A stretch of 64,000 nucleotides of DNA from Terriglobia bacterium (GTDB lineage Bacteria > Acidobacteriota > Terriglobia > 20CM-2-55-15), in the NCBI GenBank assembly GCA_965206125.1, contig CBDBIN010000041.1, positions 155,674 through 219,673 on the forward strand, read 5' to 3'. The position numbers were made by a program, and so were the translations under genes. Positions 47,641-57,243 of the stretch are shown piece after piece; positions within the stretch are counted from its first letter, which is position 1; each line of letters starts with the position of its first letter. The notes under the pieces are model-generated. The model saw only the letters and a program-made list of their open reading frames with translations, was not told the DNA's origin and did not search any database.

Positions 47641-47916
47641 CTAGCAGCCTGTGGCAGAACCCTGTGGGGCCGCGCGCACGGGTCTTCGGGTCGCGGGCGC
47701 GAAGAGAGGAGGGCACGATGCGGTTTCATCGTAACCGACGAGGGACAAAGCCCGAGGCCCGAACCCCCATGCGCCCGAAGGGTTACGGCGAAACGGCACC
47801 GGATTCGTTGTCGTCGACTCCTCACAATGAAAGGGCATTGTCTCGTCCTCGTCTCCTAGAATCCGGTGCCGTTTGGCCGTAACGCGACCCCACAGGGTTC
47901 TGCCACAGGCTGCTAG
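47641..47916. repeat. MITE-like/long palindromic element (276 bp): perfect 29-bp terminal inverted repeats CTAGCAGCCTGTGGCAGAACCCTGTGGGG, plus nested inner inverted repeats (GGTTACGGCGAAACGGCACCGGATTC / GAATCCGGTGCCGTTTGGCCGTAAC)
   Basis: Seen directly. Bases 47641-47669 are the exact reverse complement of 47888-47916. The inner IR pair is 47779-47806 versus 47858-47885. The left half carries a 109-bp insertion between outer and inner repeats. Confidence 0.75.
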
Positions 47917-48872
47917 CCGCCTACTCCGTTCACGATTGCCACCAGCGCCAGCGCGAGCAGGATAGACAGCCCCACGACGAGGGCCGTCCGCCGCATCCCG
48001 AACAGGGCCTTGGACCACGTCGACAAACCGGTCCCGGACCGGTACTTCTTCAACTGAAGGTTGTGGATCGCCTGCTCGGCCACACCCCCGTCGATCGTGC
48101 CGGCGCCGGTCGCCATCCCGGCCAGGAGTGACCGGTCCGCGATGAGGTTGATCAGCCGGGGCACACCACCGGAGTACTCGCATATCTCCTTAACGGCGGA
48201 AGGCGCGAACGACACCCTCGCCGTGCTGCCACCCGCCACCGAAAGGCGGTGCCGGAGGTAGTCGCCGACTTCCGATGGCGACAGCGCCGAAAGCTCGCAC
48301 TTGATCGAGACCCTCTGGAAGAGCTGCCGGAGCTCGGGCTGGGACAGGAGGTCCAGCAGGTTGAGCTGCCCGACGAGTACGATTTGGAGCAGCTTGTCCT
48401 TGTTGGTTTCCAGGTTTGACAGGATCCGGATCTGCTCGAGCGTTGCCATCGGAATGTTCTGCGCCTCGTCGATCAAGACGACCGCTCGTTGCCCCGCCTC
48501 GAGGGTCTTCAGGAGAAAGTCGTTCAGCGTGTTGATGAGATCCTGCTTCGTCACCGCCTCGCCGTTCTTCCTGCGAGGGGGCTTGACGTCGAAGTCTTCC
48601 AGGATTGCTTTGATCAGGTCGGTTTCCGACAGGAACGGGTTGAGCAGGAGCGCGGTGCATACGCCCTTGTCGATCGTGTCCAGCACGGTCCGGCACAGAG
48701 TGGTCTTGCCCGTTCCGATGTCCCCGTACACGATCATGAAGCCTTCCCGCCTCTGAATGCCGTACTGGAGCAGTTCGAAAGCCCGCGTGTGGCCTTCGCT
48801 CCGGTAGAAGTACTTCGGATCGGGTGTCAGGCTGAACGGTGGTTCGATCAGACCGTAGTGTTCTTCATACAT
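47913..48872 (-). CDS. GspA/ExeA/MshM-family AAA ATPase
   Basis: Walker A GDIGTGKTTL, ExeA-like blocks (LLLNPFLSETDL, VVLIDEAQNIPMATLEQIRILSNLE), C-terminal TM helix. Confidence 0.75.
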   Translation of the reverse strand: MYEEHYGLIEPPFSLTPDPKYFYRSEGHTRAFELLQYGIQRREGFMIVYGDIGTGKTTLCRTVLDTIDKGVCTALLLNPFLSETDLIKAILEDFDVKPPRRKNGEAVTKQDLINTLNDFLLKTLEAGQRAVVLIDEAQNIPMATLEQIRILSNLETNKDKLLQIVLVGQLNLLDLLSQPELRQLFQRVSIKCELSALSPSEVGDYLRHRLSVAGGSTARVSFAPSAVKEICEYSGGVPRLINLIADRSLLAGMATGAGTIDGGVAEQAIHNLQLKKYRSGTGLSTWSKALFGMRRTALVVGLSILLALALVAIVNGVGG

Positions 48873-48918
48873 GACGCGTCGAATCGTCCTCCTGGTCCTT
48901 GCTGGATTGCCCGAGGGG

Positions 48919-50424
48919 CTACTGGTCCTGGGTGCCTCCTCCTTTCAAAGCCTCCTGCTGTTCCATCCGCTCGCGTGCGTAGTCCGCGGCCGTCCGAATC
49001 GTCAGAATCCGGGGGGAGATCAGGATCACCATGTCGGTTTTCCGGGTTTCCAGTTCCGTTTTCCTGAAAATCGCCCCGATGAGGGGAATGCTTCCCAGGA
49101 TGGGAATTTTGTTCACTTCTGACAGTGTCCGGTCGGAGATCAGACCGGCAATAACCGCCGTCTCGCCGTCGGCGACGCGAATCACGATGTCGGTTTCCCG
49201 GACATCGACGATCGGGACGCTGATTCCTTCCGGAGACGTGGCCTGACCCGTCCGCTCGGTGATCGTCGGATGGATGTTCATCGTGACGATTCCGCCCGAG
49301 CTGATCTGGGGTGTGACATCCAGAACGACGCCTTCGTTGATCGTCGACGGGGTGGTCGTGGACTGGACGATGGCGCCCGTTGTTGGGTCGAGCGTGTTCG
49401 TCGTCGTGAAGAAGACGTCCTGCGTTCCAACCCGCATGACCGCGGGTTGGTTGTGGAGCGTCGAAACCGAAGGAGAGGACAGGACGTTTACGGCGCCGTG
49501 TTGAGACAGCAGCTGGATCAGCCCCGTAAAGTTGTCGCTCGAGATGCCGAGGTTGAAACCGCCCTGGCCGATGCCAAAGCTCTGGATGATGTTTCCCGTC
49601 GTCCCCAGAATCGCCGCCCAATCGACGCCGGTCTGATGGTTTTCGTTGAGCTTGACCTCGATGAAGCGGGCTTCGATGACGACCTGTCTGTTGACGGCGG
49701 TCTGGACCAGTTCCAGGTAATTGCTGATCGTGTCGAGGTTCTGGCGGAAATCGGTAACGAAAATCAGACTGGCCATGCGGTTAAATACGAAGGAGCCTTC
49801 GGCGGACAACAACTGCCCGAGCCCGGCTTCCAGGTCGCTCAAGACGTCCGTCGATTCCGAGCCTGACACGGAGGTTGACGAACCGCCGCCCCCGCCGCCG
49901 ACGGCATTCCCGCCCGCACCGCCCCCGCCGGCGCTCGCGCTGGCCGAAAGCGATCGGGCAACTTGTCGAACAGTCGTGACGTAGTCGAATTCGAAGGTAC
50001 GTCTTTCTAACTCCGGTCGGCCAACACGCAGAAAGTCACCTTCGATCGAATACTCCAGACCCAGGGGCGTCAGGATGATCTGCAGGGCTTCTTCGAGAGT
50101 AACGTCGCGCAGGTCGACCGTGACCGTCGCGGAGACACCGGGGACCATCAGCAGGTTCAACCCGTGGGCCTGGGCGAGCAGCGTCAGCAGCGGACGCAGG
50201 TCTCCGGCGTTGACCTCGACCTCGATCGGTTGGTTCTGAGACTGTGGGTCGACGTCAAGCTGCGTGGCCGGCAGTTGACCGCCGCCGGGCGCGGCCTGTG
50301 CCGCTGCCGGTGTTGCCACGCCCGCACCCGCCTGGGTAGCGATCTGCGAGACGTTCAGTTGCTGGGGTAAGGGCAGCGGCGGTCCCTGTATGAGCAACGC
50401 CGCGGCCAGGACGAATACTTTCAT
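48919..50424 (-). CDS. Secretin (GspD/PilQ/MshL family) outer-membrane channel
   Basis: N-domains, then the secretin C-domain (VNVLSSPSVSTLHNQPAVMRVGTQ...IPILGSIPLIGAIFRKTE...VILISPRIL). Gly-rich linker. Confidence 0.85.
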   Translation of the reverse strand: MKVFVLAAALLIQGPPLPLPQQLNVSQIATQAGAGVATPAAAQAAPGGGQLPATQLDVDPQSQNQPIEVEVNAGDLRPLLTLLAQAHGLNLLMVPGVSATVTVDLRDVTLEEALQIILTPLGLEYSIEGDFLRVGRPELERRTFEFDYVTTVRQVARSLSASASAGGGGAGGNAVGGGGGGSSTSVSGSESTDVLSDLEAGLGQLLSAEGSFVFNRMASLIFVTDFRQNLDTISNYLELVQTAVNRQVVIEARFIEVKLNENHQTGVDWAAILGTTGNIIQSFGIGQGGFNLGISSDNFTGLIQLLSQHGAVNVLSSPSVSTLHNQPAVMRVGTQDVFFTTTNTLDPTTGAIVQSTTTPSTINEGVVLDVTPQISSGGIVTMNIHPTITERTGQATSPEGISVPIVDVRETDIVIRVADGETAVIAGLISDRTLSEVNKIPILGSIPLIGAIFRKTELETRKTDMVILISPRILTIRTAADYARERMEQQEALKGGGTQDQ

Positions 50425-51026
50425 CGTTTACTCCCTCGAGGCGGACCCGGTCTTAGCCCGAAGGGCCGCTCGATCAAGATTTCGCGTACCTGTCCGTTCA
50501 ATTCCAGAATGATTCCCCTATCGGTGATTGACGTTATGGTTTCCGTGCCCAGGAGCTCGCCCGGCCGCATGACCCTCGAGTTGACGACGGCCCACTTGCC
50601 GTTCTCACCCGAAAAGATTACCGACACCCGGTAGGAGGGAAGCGCTACCGTTGCAGTTGGGGCCTCGATCAAAGGCATGATGGGTACGATGATCTGTCCC
50701 GGTTGCGACTGCATGGCGGCGATCTCATCGAGTGTCAGAAAGGGATTGCGACCCCATACGCCCTGGGGCAGGGAGACCGCTTGGGCGGGCTCCGTCCCGG
50801 TGCCGGTTAGTGCGGGCGCCGCCGAGGGTGTGCCGGCCGGCGTCGGCTGGGCGGGTGGGGCGATTACCGCTGGGGGTACGGGTTCCTGTGAAGCCGGGTC
50901 CGCCGGAGCCTCGGCGGTCACAATCGGTGGGGCGGGCCGTGAGCGCCACACCTGCAAGCCGATCACGCCTCCGATCATGATGACGCCGAAGACAATGAGG
51001 AGGCCCTGCTTCGCTTTCTCACTCAT
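50421..51026 (-). CDS. PilP/GspC-like pilot protein (TM anchor, Pro-rich linker, C-terminal beta domain)
   Basis: Position in the operon, topology and composition only. Confidence 0.45.
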   Translation of the reverse strand: MSEKAKQGLLIVFGVIMIGGVIGLQVWRSRPAPPIVTAEAPADPASQEPVPPAVIAPPAQPTPAGTPSAAPALTGTGTEPAQAVSLPQGVWGRNPFLTLDEIAAMQSQPGQIIVPIMPLIEAPTATVALPSYRVSVIFSGENGKWAVVNSRVMRPGELLGTETITSITDRGIILELNGQVREILIERPFGLRPGPPRGSKR

Positions 51027-51607
51027 GCGGCATCCTCAGCCTTGTACACGCGGAAGACCATCGAGACCCGGATCTCCGGAGGGCTCCGGCGGAAATCTAC
51101 CGAAACGAATTCCGTCAGACGCGGCAGGGTCCCCACGGCCTGGACGAACTGGGCGATGTTGCTGTACTCGCCGCCGAACGTGATCGTGAACACCAGGTAG
51201 CGTCGGATGCCCACCTGGTCCAGCAGTTCGTCGCCCGGGCGGGGCCCCTGAACTTCTCCGACGACCTGTTCTTCGGAATCGATGTCGAAATCTTGCAGCC
51301 TGTAGACCCCCGACAGCCGGGAAATTTCGCTGAAGAACTGCGCGACCTCGGCGTCGGGAAGCAGCCGGCTCGCCAGCAGGTTCTGCTGGGACGCCCACTC
51401 CCGCCTTTCTTCGTCCGTCGGAAGGACAACGGCATCGGCATCCAGTTCCTTCTGGGCCAGCACCCGTTCTTGCTCCGCCAGGGCGTCGCGCCTGGCACCG
51501 AGATCCCAGGTGGTCCAGACCGTTCCCGCGATTGCAAGCACGATTAGAGCGACCGAGGCGACCAGCACACGGTCGACTTTCTTCAGAAACTTGAGGTCAA
51601 TAGGCAT
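51023..51607 (-). CDS. PilO/GspM-like inner-membrane assembly protein
   Basis: Single TM, coiled coil (ALAEQERVLAQKELD), C-terminal ferredoxin-like domain. Operon context. Confidence 0.5.
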   Translation of the reverse strand: MPIDLKFLKKVDRVLVASVALIVLAIAGTVWTTWDLGARRDALAEQERVLAQKELDADAVVLPTDEERREWASQQNLLASRLLPDAEVAQFFSEISRLSGVYRLQDFDIDSEEQVVGEVQGPRPGDELLDQVGIRRYLVFTITFGGEYSNIAQFVQAVGTLPRLTEFVSVDFRRSPPEIRVSMVFRVYKAEDAA

Positions 51608-53106
51608 CGGACTTCGAAGTTCACCCTGCTGATGACGATCGGGGCCGTTTCCGCATCGGCTCCCGGCGGTCGGACATTTTCGTAGCTCACGCTCAGTTGC
51701 TCGCTCAGTTCGACGGACCGGAAGTGCTCCAGCCCACTTAGATCCGTGAAGAACGCGTTAAAATCCGCGCTGACGTTGGTCGCTGCCTGCGCCCCACGAA
51801 GGTACCCCTTGATGACCAACGCGCTGGACTGGCCGCCCTCGATCGCTATCGACTCAAACACCGCCGTTTCAGGCACGATGAGGCTCAGGCTGCGGAGGGC
51901 CTCATTCCATTGCACCCCGCCCGCCATCCGTTGAGCGAACGCCGCCCGCCTCTGGGCCACGGCACGCTCCGCCTCTGCGTCGATGCCTCCCTGGATAACC
52001 GGTTCCAACTCGGCGATGCTCTGTTCCACGGCCGCAGTCTCTTCGACAGCCTGCCTGGTTCCCGTGAAATACCGAAAGCCGGCCAGGAGCGACACCGTCA
52101 AGGCGATTGCTGCCGCTATCTTGATCAGTTTTTGGTAGACGGGAGGCCCTTCCTTCGAGCCGGCCTTGCCCGGTATCAGGTTCAGGCTCGAATCGAGCGT
52201 CTTGTGCCAGGCTACTCCGAATGCGGTCGCCAATGAGGGCACATGAAATCGGAACTCGTCCCAGTCTCCCTTGAAAGCCGACGGATCGAGGTTGTCTTCA
52301 AACCTCAGGACATTCGATTCGATTCCGAGTTCATCCTTCGCCCGGGCTACCAGGTTGCCGATCATGTCGCTTTCGCCCGAGAAAAGCACCACGCCGATCT
52401 CCCCCTGGGGGAAGTTCTGCCGGAAGTACAGGGTCGACCGTTTGATTTCGGTCAATATCCGCTCGATCCGCTGGTCCTGGTCGAGGTCTCCGTAGCGGAT
52501 AGGGATGTCGCGGCAGAGCAGGAGCGTGCCGTGTTGGATGAAGAGCACATGGACGCTGTTCGGGCTGAAATGAACGAGGTTCTTGACCACCTCCTTCTTC
52601 CAATAGCCGACGTGCTCGGTCAGGTTCAGCAGCGATTCACCGACGGTGGTCACGCGCTCCAGCTTCAGCTTGGTTCGTCCGAAGAACTCCTGGGCCTGGG
52701 CGACGAGTTCCGTGTTGGCCGTGACGAGCAGGATCTGGCGCTTCTTGATGCCGAGCTCTTCTTTGGTCTGGAGGAGTTGGAAATCCCAGAACGTATCGGT
52801 GACGCCGGCGGGAACGGACTTCTTCGCCTCCCGTTGCATCACGAAACGCAGCTCGCGGCCCGACAGCGGGGGCAGCGTCAGCAGGCGATGCTCCACCTGG
52901 ACACCCGTCACGGCCACGACGGCTTCTTTCGCTTCGAACCCGCGCACCTGTAGCGCGTGGTTCAGCTGGTCGAACCGTCGCTCCGGGTCGACCGAGCGGT
53001 TGTCCACGATGGCGAAGTTGTGAACCTTGAGCCGGCGGGCGAAGCTCACCTCGACGAGCTTGATGCTCTCAGGCGAAAACTCTACTCCCAGAATGCGGTT
53101 TGCCAT
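51583..53106 (-). CDS. PilM-PilN fusion protein (actin-like ATPase fold plus TM/coiled-coil PilN part)
   Basis: PilM-like N-terminal 330 aa (…ILGVEFSPESIKLVEV…), then a TM helix (IAAAIALTVSLLAGF) and a PilN-like coiled coil. Confidence 0.7.
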   Translation of the reverse strand: MANRILGVEFSPESIKLVEVSFARRLKVHNFAIVDNRSVDPERRFDQLNHALQVRGFEAKEAVVAVTGVQVEHRLLTLPPLSGRELRFVMQREAKKSVPAGVTDTFWDFQLLQTKEELGIKKRQILLVTANTELVAQAQEFFGRTKLKLERVTTVGESLLNLTEHVGYWKKEVVKNLVHFSPNSVHVLFIQHGTLLLCRDIPIRYGDLDQDQRIERILTEIKRSTLYFRQNFPQGEIGVVLFSGESDMIGNLVARAKDELGIESNVLRFEDNLDPSAFKGDWDEFRFHVPSLATAFGVAWHKTLDSSLNLIPGKAGSKEGPPVYQKLIKIAAAIALTVSLLAGFRYFTGTRQAVEETAAVEQSIAELEPVIQGGIDAEAERAVAQRRAAFAQRMAGGVQWNEALRSLSLIVPETAVFESIAIEGGQSSALVIKGYLRGAQAATNVSADFNAFFTDLSGLEHFRSVELSEQLSVSYENVRPPGADAETAPIVISRVNFEVRCLLTSSF

Positions 53107-53110
53107 CGGT

Positions 53111-54214
53111 TTACCCTGAGAACGTCTGCATCATCTGATACAGAGGCAGGTAGATCGCCAACGCCACGGTAAGGACGATGAAGGCCAGGAAGACGTAGAG
53201 CAGCGGCTCCATCATCGCGAAAACCCGTTTGATCGTGGCCGGAATCTCCTTGTCGTAGTAGACGCACACCTTCTTGAGCGCAGAATCGAGCTGGCCGCTC
53301 GTCTCGCCGACATGGAATACTCTGATGACCATCGGAGGGAACCGACCAGTTGCCTTCAGCGATCCCGCGATGGATTCGCCCGCGCGAACCTCGTTCCGCA
53401 CGGATGCGGTTGCGTTGCCGAGGACTTTGTTGCCGACGACCGTCTGCAGGATCATGAGAGTCTGTGAAATATCGACGCCGGCGTTGAATAGAATCTGGAA
53501 GAAGTGGCAGAAGCGCGACAGCGCGATATCCCGGACGAGTGCGCCAAATATGGGCGCTTTCATCATCAGACCGTCAAACCTGAGGCGCCCGGACTCGGTT
53601 CGAACCCAGAAGTAGAAACCGATCAAGCCCGTGATCAACAGCATCAGGAGGAGCCACCAGTAGGCGAGAAGGAACTCGCTCAGACCGAACAGGATCTGCG
53701 TCGGGATTGGCATCGGGCCGCTCGCGGACGACAGCACGTTGCTGAAGCTGGGGAACACGACGGTTGCCAGCAGGATGACCAGGCCCATAACCGCAGACAA
53801 GACCACCGCGGGGTAGATCAAGGCCTGGGTAACTTCCCGCCTCAGGTCGCCCTTCCATTCCAGAAAATCCGCCAGGTCCGAGAGGACCAAGTCGAGGCTT
53901 CCCGAATCCTCTCCGGCGCGGAGAATGCTGACGTAGACCTCGTCGAAGATGTCGGAGTGGCGTTCGAAGGCCGACGACAGGCTACCGCCGGCTTCCACGC
54001 TGGCGAGAATGTCCTCAATCACGTTACGCATCTTCGCCTTCTCGGCGCCGTCGGCCAGGTCCCGGAGCGATTCGGTCAGCGATATGCCGACGCTCAGCAT
54101 CGTCGCCAGATCCCCCGTCAGGTTGAGGACGTCCCGACCCCGGATTCTTTCGAACATCCGCGCGCCGGCTTCCTGTTTCGTTGCCGGGCCCGCATCGACC
54201 AGAAAGAGGGTTGA
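53111..54214 (-). pseudogene. GspF/PilC-family platform protein, C-terminal 368 codons (separated from its N-terminal 38 codons by an IS30 insertion)
   Basis: T2SSF repeats (…LATMLSVGISLTESL…, …QILFNAGVDISQTLMILQ…). The translation resumes exactly where the N-terminal piece stops (…SLAG | STLFLVDAGPATKQ…). Confidence 0.8.
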
Positions 54215-55447
54215 TCTCAATAGGTCGATGCAACACTTCACATGAAGAGAGAGGTGAAGTGTATGGCGAAGAAACGAAAGCAGAAGCCGAGGAGGCAGCG
54301 GCGATGGTTCACAGCGACCGAGCTGGTCGAGATGTGGGATCGATGGCAGCGAGGAGAGACGACCGAGGAGATCGGGCGTGTGCTGGACCGAGCCAGAGCG
54401 ACTGTTCACCAGCAGCTGGCGGTGTATGGTGGTATCCGTCCCCGACGGCGGTGTCGCGCAGCGCGGGTGCTGACTCTGATCGAACGCGAAGAGATATCCA
54501 GGGGCATCGCGGCGAAGCGATCGATTCGCTCGATTGCGATGGTTGTCGGTCGCGCACCCTCGCCGGTGAGTCGAGAGATTGCCCGTAACGGCGGCTATGC
54601 TCACTATCGGGCGTCAGCTGCGGATGAGCAGGCCTGGGAACGCGCCCGCCGTCGGAAGCCTTGTCGCCTGACCCGGTGTCCACGATTACGGCAGCTCGTT
54701 GAAGAGAAGCTGCGAGACGATTGGGCACCTCAACAGATTGCCGGGTGGCTGAAGCTCACATTCCCGGACGACGAGTCGCTGCACGTGTCCCACGAAACCA
54801 TCTATCGCAGCCTTTTCATACAGGCGCGCGGTGCTTTGAAGAAGGAGCTCACTCAGTATCTGCGCTCGAAACGATCCATCCGCCGATCCCCCTGGCACAC
54901 GGGACGCAGGGGCCACGGAAGCGGACAAATCAACGATGCCATCTCCATCAGCGAACGTCCGGCTTCAGTGGAAGACCGCGCCGTCCCCGGTCATTGGGAA
55001 GGCGACCTGATTGCCGGATCGAAGAACACCTACATGGCGACGCTGGTCGAACGTCACTCACGTTACGTGATGCTGGTGAAGGTTCCGAACAAGCAAACCG
55101 AAACCGTCATCAACGCGCTGATCGAACACGCTCGGACACTACCGACCGAGCTCTACAAATCGCTGACCTGGGATCGTGGTCTGGAGATGGCGGATCACAA
55201 ACGGTTCACTCTGGCGACCGACATTGCCGTCTACTTCTGCGATCCGAAGAGTCCATGGCAACGGGGCTCGAATGAGAACACAAATGGTCTGCTCCGATAC
55301 TATTTCCCGAAACGAACGGACTTATCCGTACACTCACAGGAGCATCTGAATATGATTGCGCGGAAGCTCAACAGACGGCCCCGTCAGACGCTGGGGTTTC
55401 ACACTCCAGCTGAACGATTTAACGCATGTGTTGCATCGACCGGTTGA
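54215..55447 (+). mobile_element. IS30-family insertion sequence, copy 3 (divergent from copies 1/2), inserted in gspF
   Basis: The left end TCTCAATAGGTCGATGCAACAC is IR-like, as in copies 1/2. The right end overlaps the transposase stop (..ATCGACCGGTTGA). Both flanks encode contiguous GspF sequence. Confidence 0.8.
54242..55447 (+). CDS. IS30-family DDE transposase (401 aa)
   Basis: HWEGDLI, TWDRGLEM, FCDPKSPWQRGSNENTNGLLRYYFPKRTDL. About 65-70% identical to the other two copies. Confidence 0.9.
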   Translation: MKREVKCMAKKRKQKPRRQRRWFTATELVEMWDRWQRGETTEEIGRVLDRARATVHQQLAVYGGIRPRRRCRAARVLTLIEREEISRGIAAKRSIRSIAMVVGRAPSPVSREIARNGGYAHYRASAADEQAWERARRRKPCRLTRCPRLRQLVEEKLRDDWAPQQIAGWLKLTFPDDESLHVSHETIYRSLFIQARGALKKELTQYLRSKRSIRRSPWHTGRRGHGSGQINDAISISERPASVEDRAVPGHWEGDLIAGSKNTYMATLVERHSRYVMLVKVPNKQTETVINALIEHARTLPTELYKSLTWDRGLEMADHKRFTLATDIAVYFCDPKSPWQRGSNENTNGLLRYYFPKRTDLSVHSQEHLNMIARKLNRRPRQTLGFHTPAERFNACVASTG

Positions 55448-55560
55448 GCCGGCAAGGCTTTTTTCGTCCAGAAGATCGGCGAGCACATCCTCGTCCGGCG
55501 CCTCGAGCACGCCAGTAACCGTACGGCGTTCTGGTCCTTGGCTTTGTATTCGAATTCCAT
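55448..55560 (-). pseudogene. GspF/PilC N-terminal 38 codons (MEFEYKAKDQN-[1-nt deletion]-RTVTGVLEAPDEDVLADLLDEKSLAG), cut off by IS30 copy 3
   Basis: Classic GspF N-terminus. 113 nt rather than 114, with a frame change after codon 11. Confidence 0.7.
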
Positions 55561-55581
55561 CGGGTTCTTCAAAGAGCTGGA

Positions 55582-57243
55582 TCAGACTGCCCGTGCGACT
55601 TCTTCCAGCGTCGTTACTCCTTCGATCGCCCGTTCAAGGCCGTCGTCGGCCATCGAGAGCATGCCTTCTTTTTGGGCGAGTTCCCGGATCACGCCCGCGT
55701 CCGCCTGGCCCATGATGGCTTTGCGGATCTCTTCGTTCATCAGCAGTACTTCTGAGACTGCTGTCCTGCCCCGGTATCCGGTCTTATCGCAGTTGTTGCA
55801 TCCCGTTCCCTTGAAGAACTGCGCGTTCTCCGGGATTTTGATCCGTCGGAGCGTCCTCCGGTCCGGTTCGTCCGGTTCGCGGCAGAACTCGCAGATCTGC
55901 CGGACGAGTCGCTGGGCGACAATCCCGACGATCGAAGAGGCGACCAGGTACGGTTCGACGCCCATGTCCAGCAATCGGGGTACCGTTGAGGCAGCGTCGT
56001 TTGTGTGCAGCGTGCTGAACACGAGCAATCCCGTCAGAGCCGCGCGAATCGCCGTGTCGACCGTTTCGTCGTCGCGCATCTCACCGACCAGCACGGTGTC
56101 GGGATCCTGTCGGAGGATCGCCCGGAGCCCGGTCGCATAGGTCAGGCCGGCCCGTACGTTGATTTGAGACTGCCGGATCAACGGAAGTTCGTACTCCACC
56201 GGATCCTCAAGTGTGATGATCTTCCTCTCCGGCGTGCTGATGCGCAGCAGCGCCGCGTATAGCGTCGTCGTCTTGCCCGAACCCGTCGGTCCCGTCACGA
56301 GGACGATCCCGTTTGGGAACGAGATCGCTTGTTCCAGCCGATCGAGGTTCGTCGGGGAAAATCCGAGTTGTTCGAGGCCCGTAGCCAACTGTTCCTTATT
56401 CAAGACACGCAGAACAACGTTTTCGCCGAAGATCGTCGGGAACGTCCCGATCCGGACGTCGATCTGGCGGCCGTAGACCTCGACGGTCGCCTTGCCGTCC
56501 TGGGGTAACCGTGACTCGGAGATGTTGAGGTTCCCCATGATCTTGATACGGGAGTTGACGGCTTTCTCGAGGGTCTTCGGGATGTACGGACCCTGGTGGA
56601 GGACGCCGTCGATCCGGTAGCGCACGCGCAGCAGGCTCTTTTCGGGTTCGAAATGAATATCAGTCGCGCGCTTTTTCACCCCGTCGATGATGATGGCGTC
56701 GATGAGCTTGACGACCGGCGCCACCATGGCCAAGTCCTCCCCGCCTTTGTCGGTGCTCCCTTCGGAGGCCTGTCTCGACGCTTCTTCGAGAAGCGCCTCC
56801 ATCTGGTCGCTCGCGCCCTGGCCGTAGAAACGGTCGATGGACGTGAGGATGTCGAATTGGCTGGAGGAGACGATCTTCACGAACTGACCCGTGATGCGCT
56901 GCACGTCGTCCACGGCCCCGACATCCATCGGGTCCGACATGGCAATCGTGATCGATCCGTCATCTGTCGACACGGGAAACAGTTTCTTGTCGCGGGCGAA
57001 TTTTTCGGGGATGGATTCGATCACCGACGGGTCGATCGATTGATTTCGGAGCGTGATGTACTCGATACCCGCCGCCTCGGCCAGGGTCCGGGTCAGGGCG
57101 TCTTCTGTGATCAGGTTCAGCCGACGCATGATCACGCCGAGCCGGTCGCCGCTCCGCGCCTGTTCCTTCAGGGCGAATTCCAACTGGTCATCGGAGATGT
57201 GGCCGCCCTTGATCAGACGTTGACCCAATCTGTTGTCAGCCAT
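55582..57243 (-). CDS. GspE/PilB/MshE-family secretion ATPase
   Basis: N-terminal T2SSE_N region, Walker A GPTGSGKTTT, Asp box, Walker B, His box, and the tetracysteine motif C..C...C..C (CEFCRE...CNNCDKTGY). Confidence 0.9.
   Translation of the reverse strand: MADNRLGQRLIKGGHISDDQLEFALKEQARSGDRLGVIMRRLNLITEDALTRTLAEAAGIEYITLRNQSIDPSVIESIPEKFARDKKLFPVSTDDGSITIAMSDPMDVGAVDDVQRITGQFVKIVSSSQFDILTSIDRFYGQGASDQMEALLEEASRQASEGSTDKGGEDLAMVAPVVKLIDAIIIDGVKKRATDIHFEPEKSLLRVRYRIDGVLHQGPYIPKTLEKAVNSRIKIMGNLNISESRLPQDGKATVEVYGRQIDVRIGTFPTIFGENVVLRVLNKEQLATGLEQLGFSPTNLDRLEQAISFPNGIVLVTGPTGSGKTTTLYAALLRISTPERKIITLEDPVEYELPLIRQSQINVRAGLTYATGLRAILRQDPDTVLVGEMRDDETVDTAIRAALTGLLVFSTLHTNDAASTVPRLLDMGVEPYLVASSIVGIVAQRLVRQICEFCREPDEPDRRTLRRIKIPENAQFFKGTGCNNCDKTGYRGRTAVSEVLLMNEEIRKAIMGQADAGVIRELAQKEGMLSMADDGLERAIEGVTTLEEVARAV

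Noticed and set aside
47664-47882. 72-aa ORF inside the MITE-like palindrome
   Set aside because: It lies across both arms of an inverted repeat, has low-complexity translation and no start context. Most likely non-coding.
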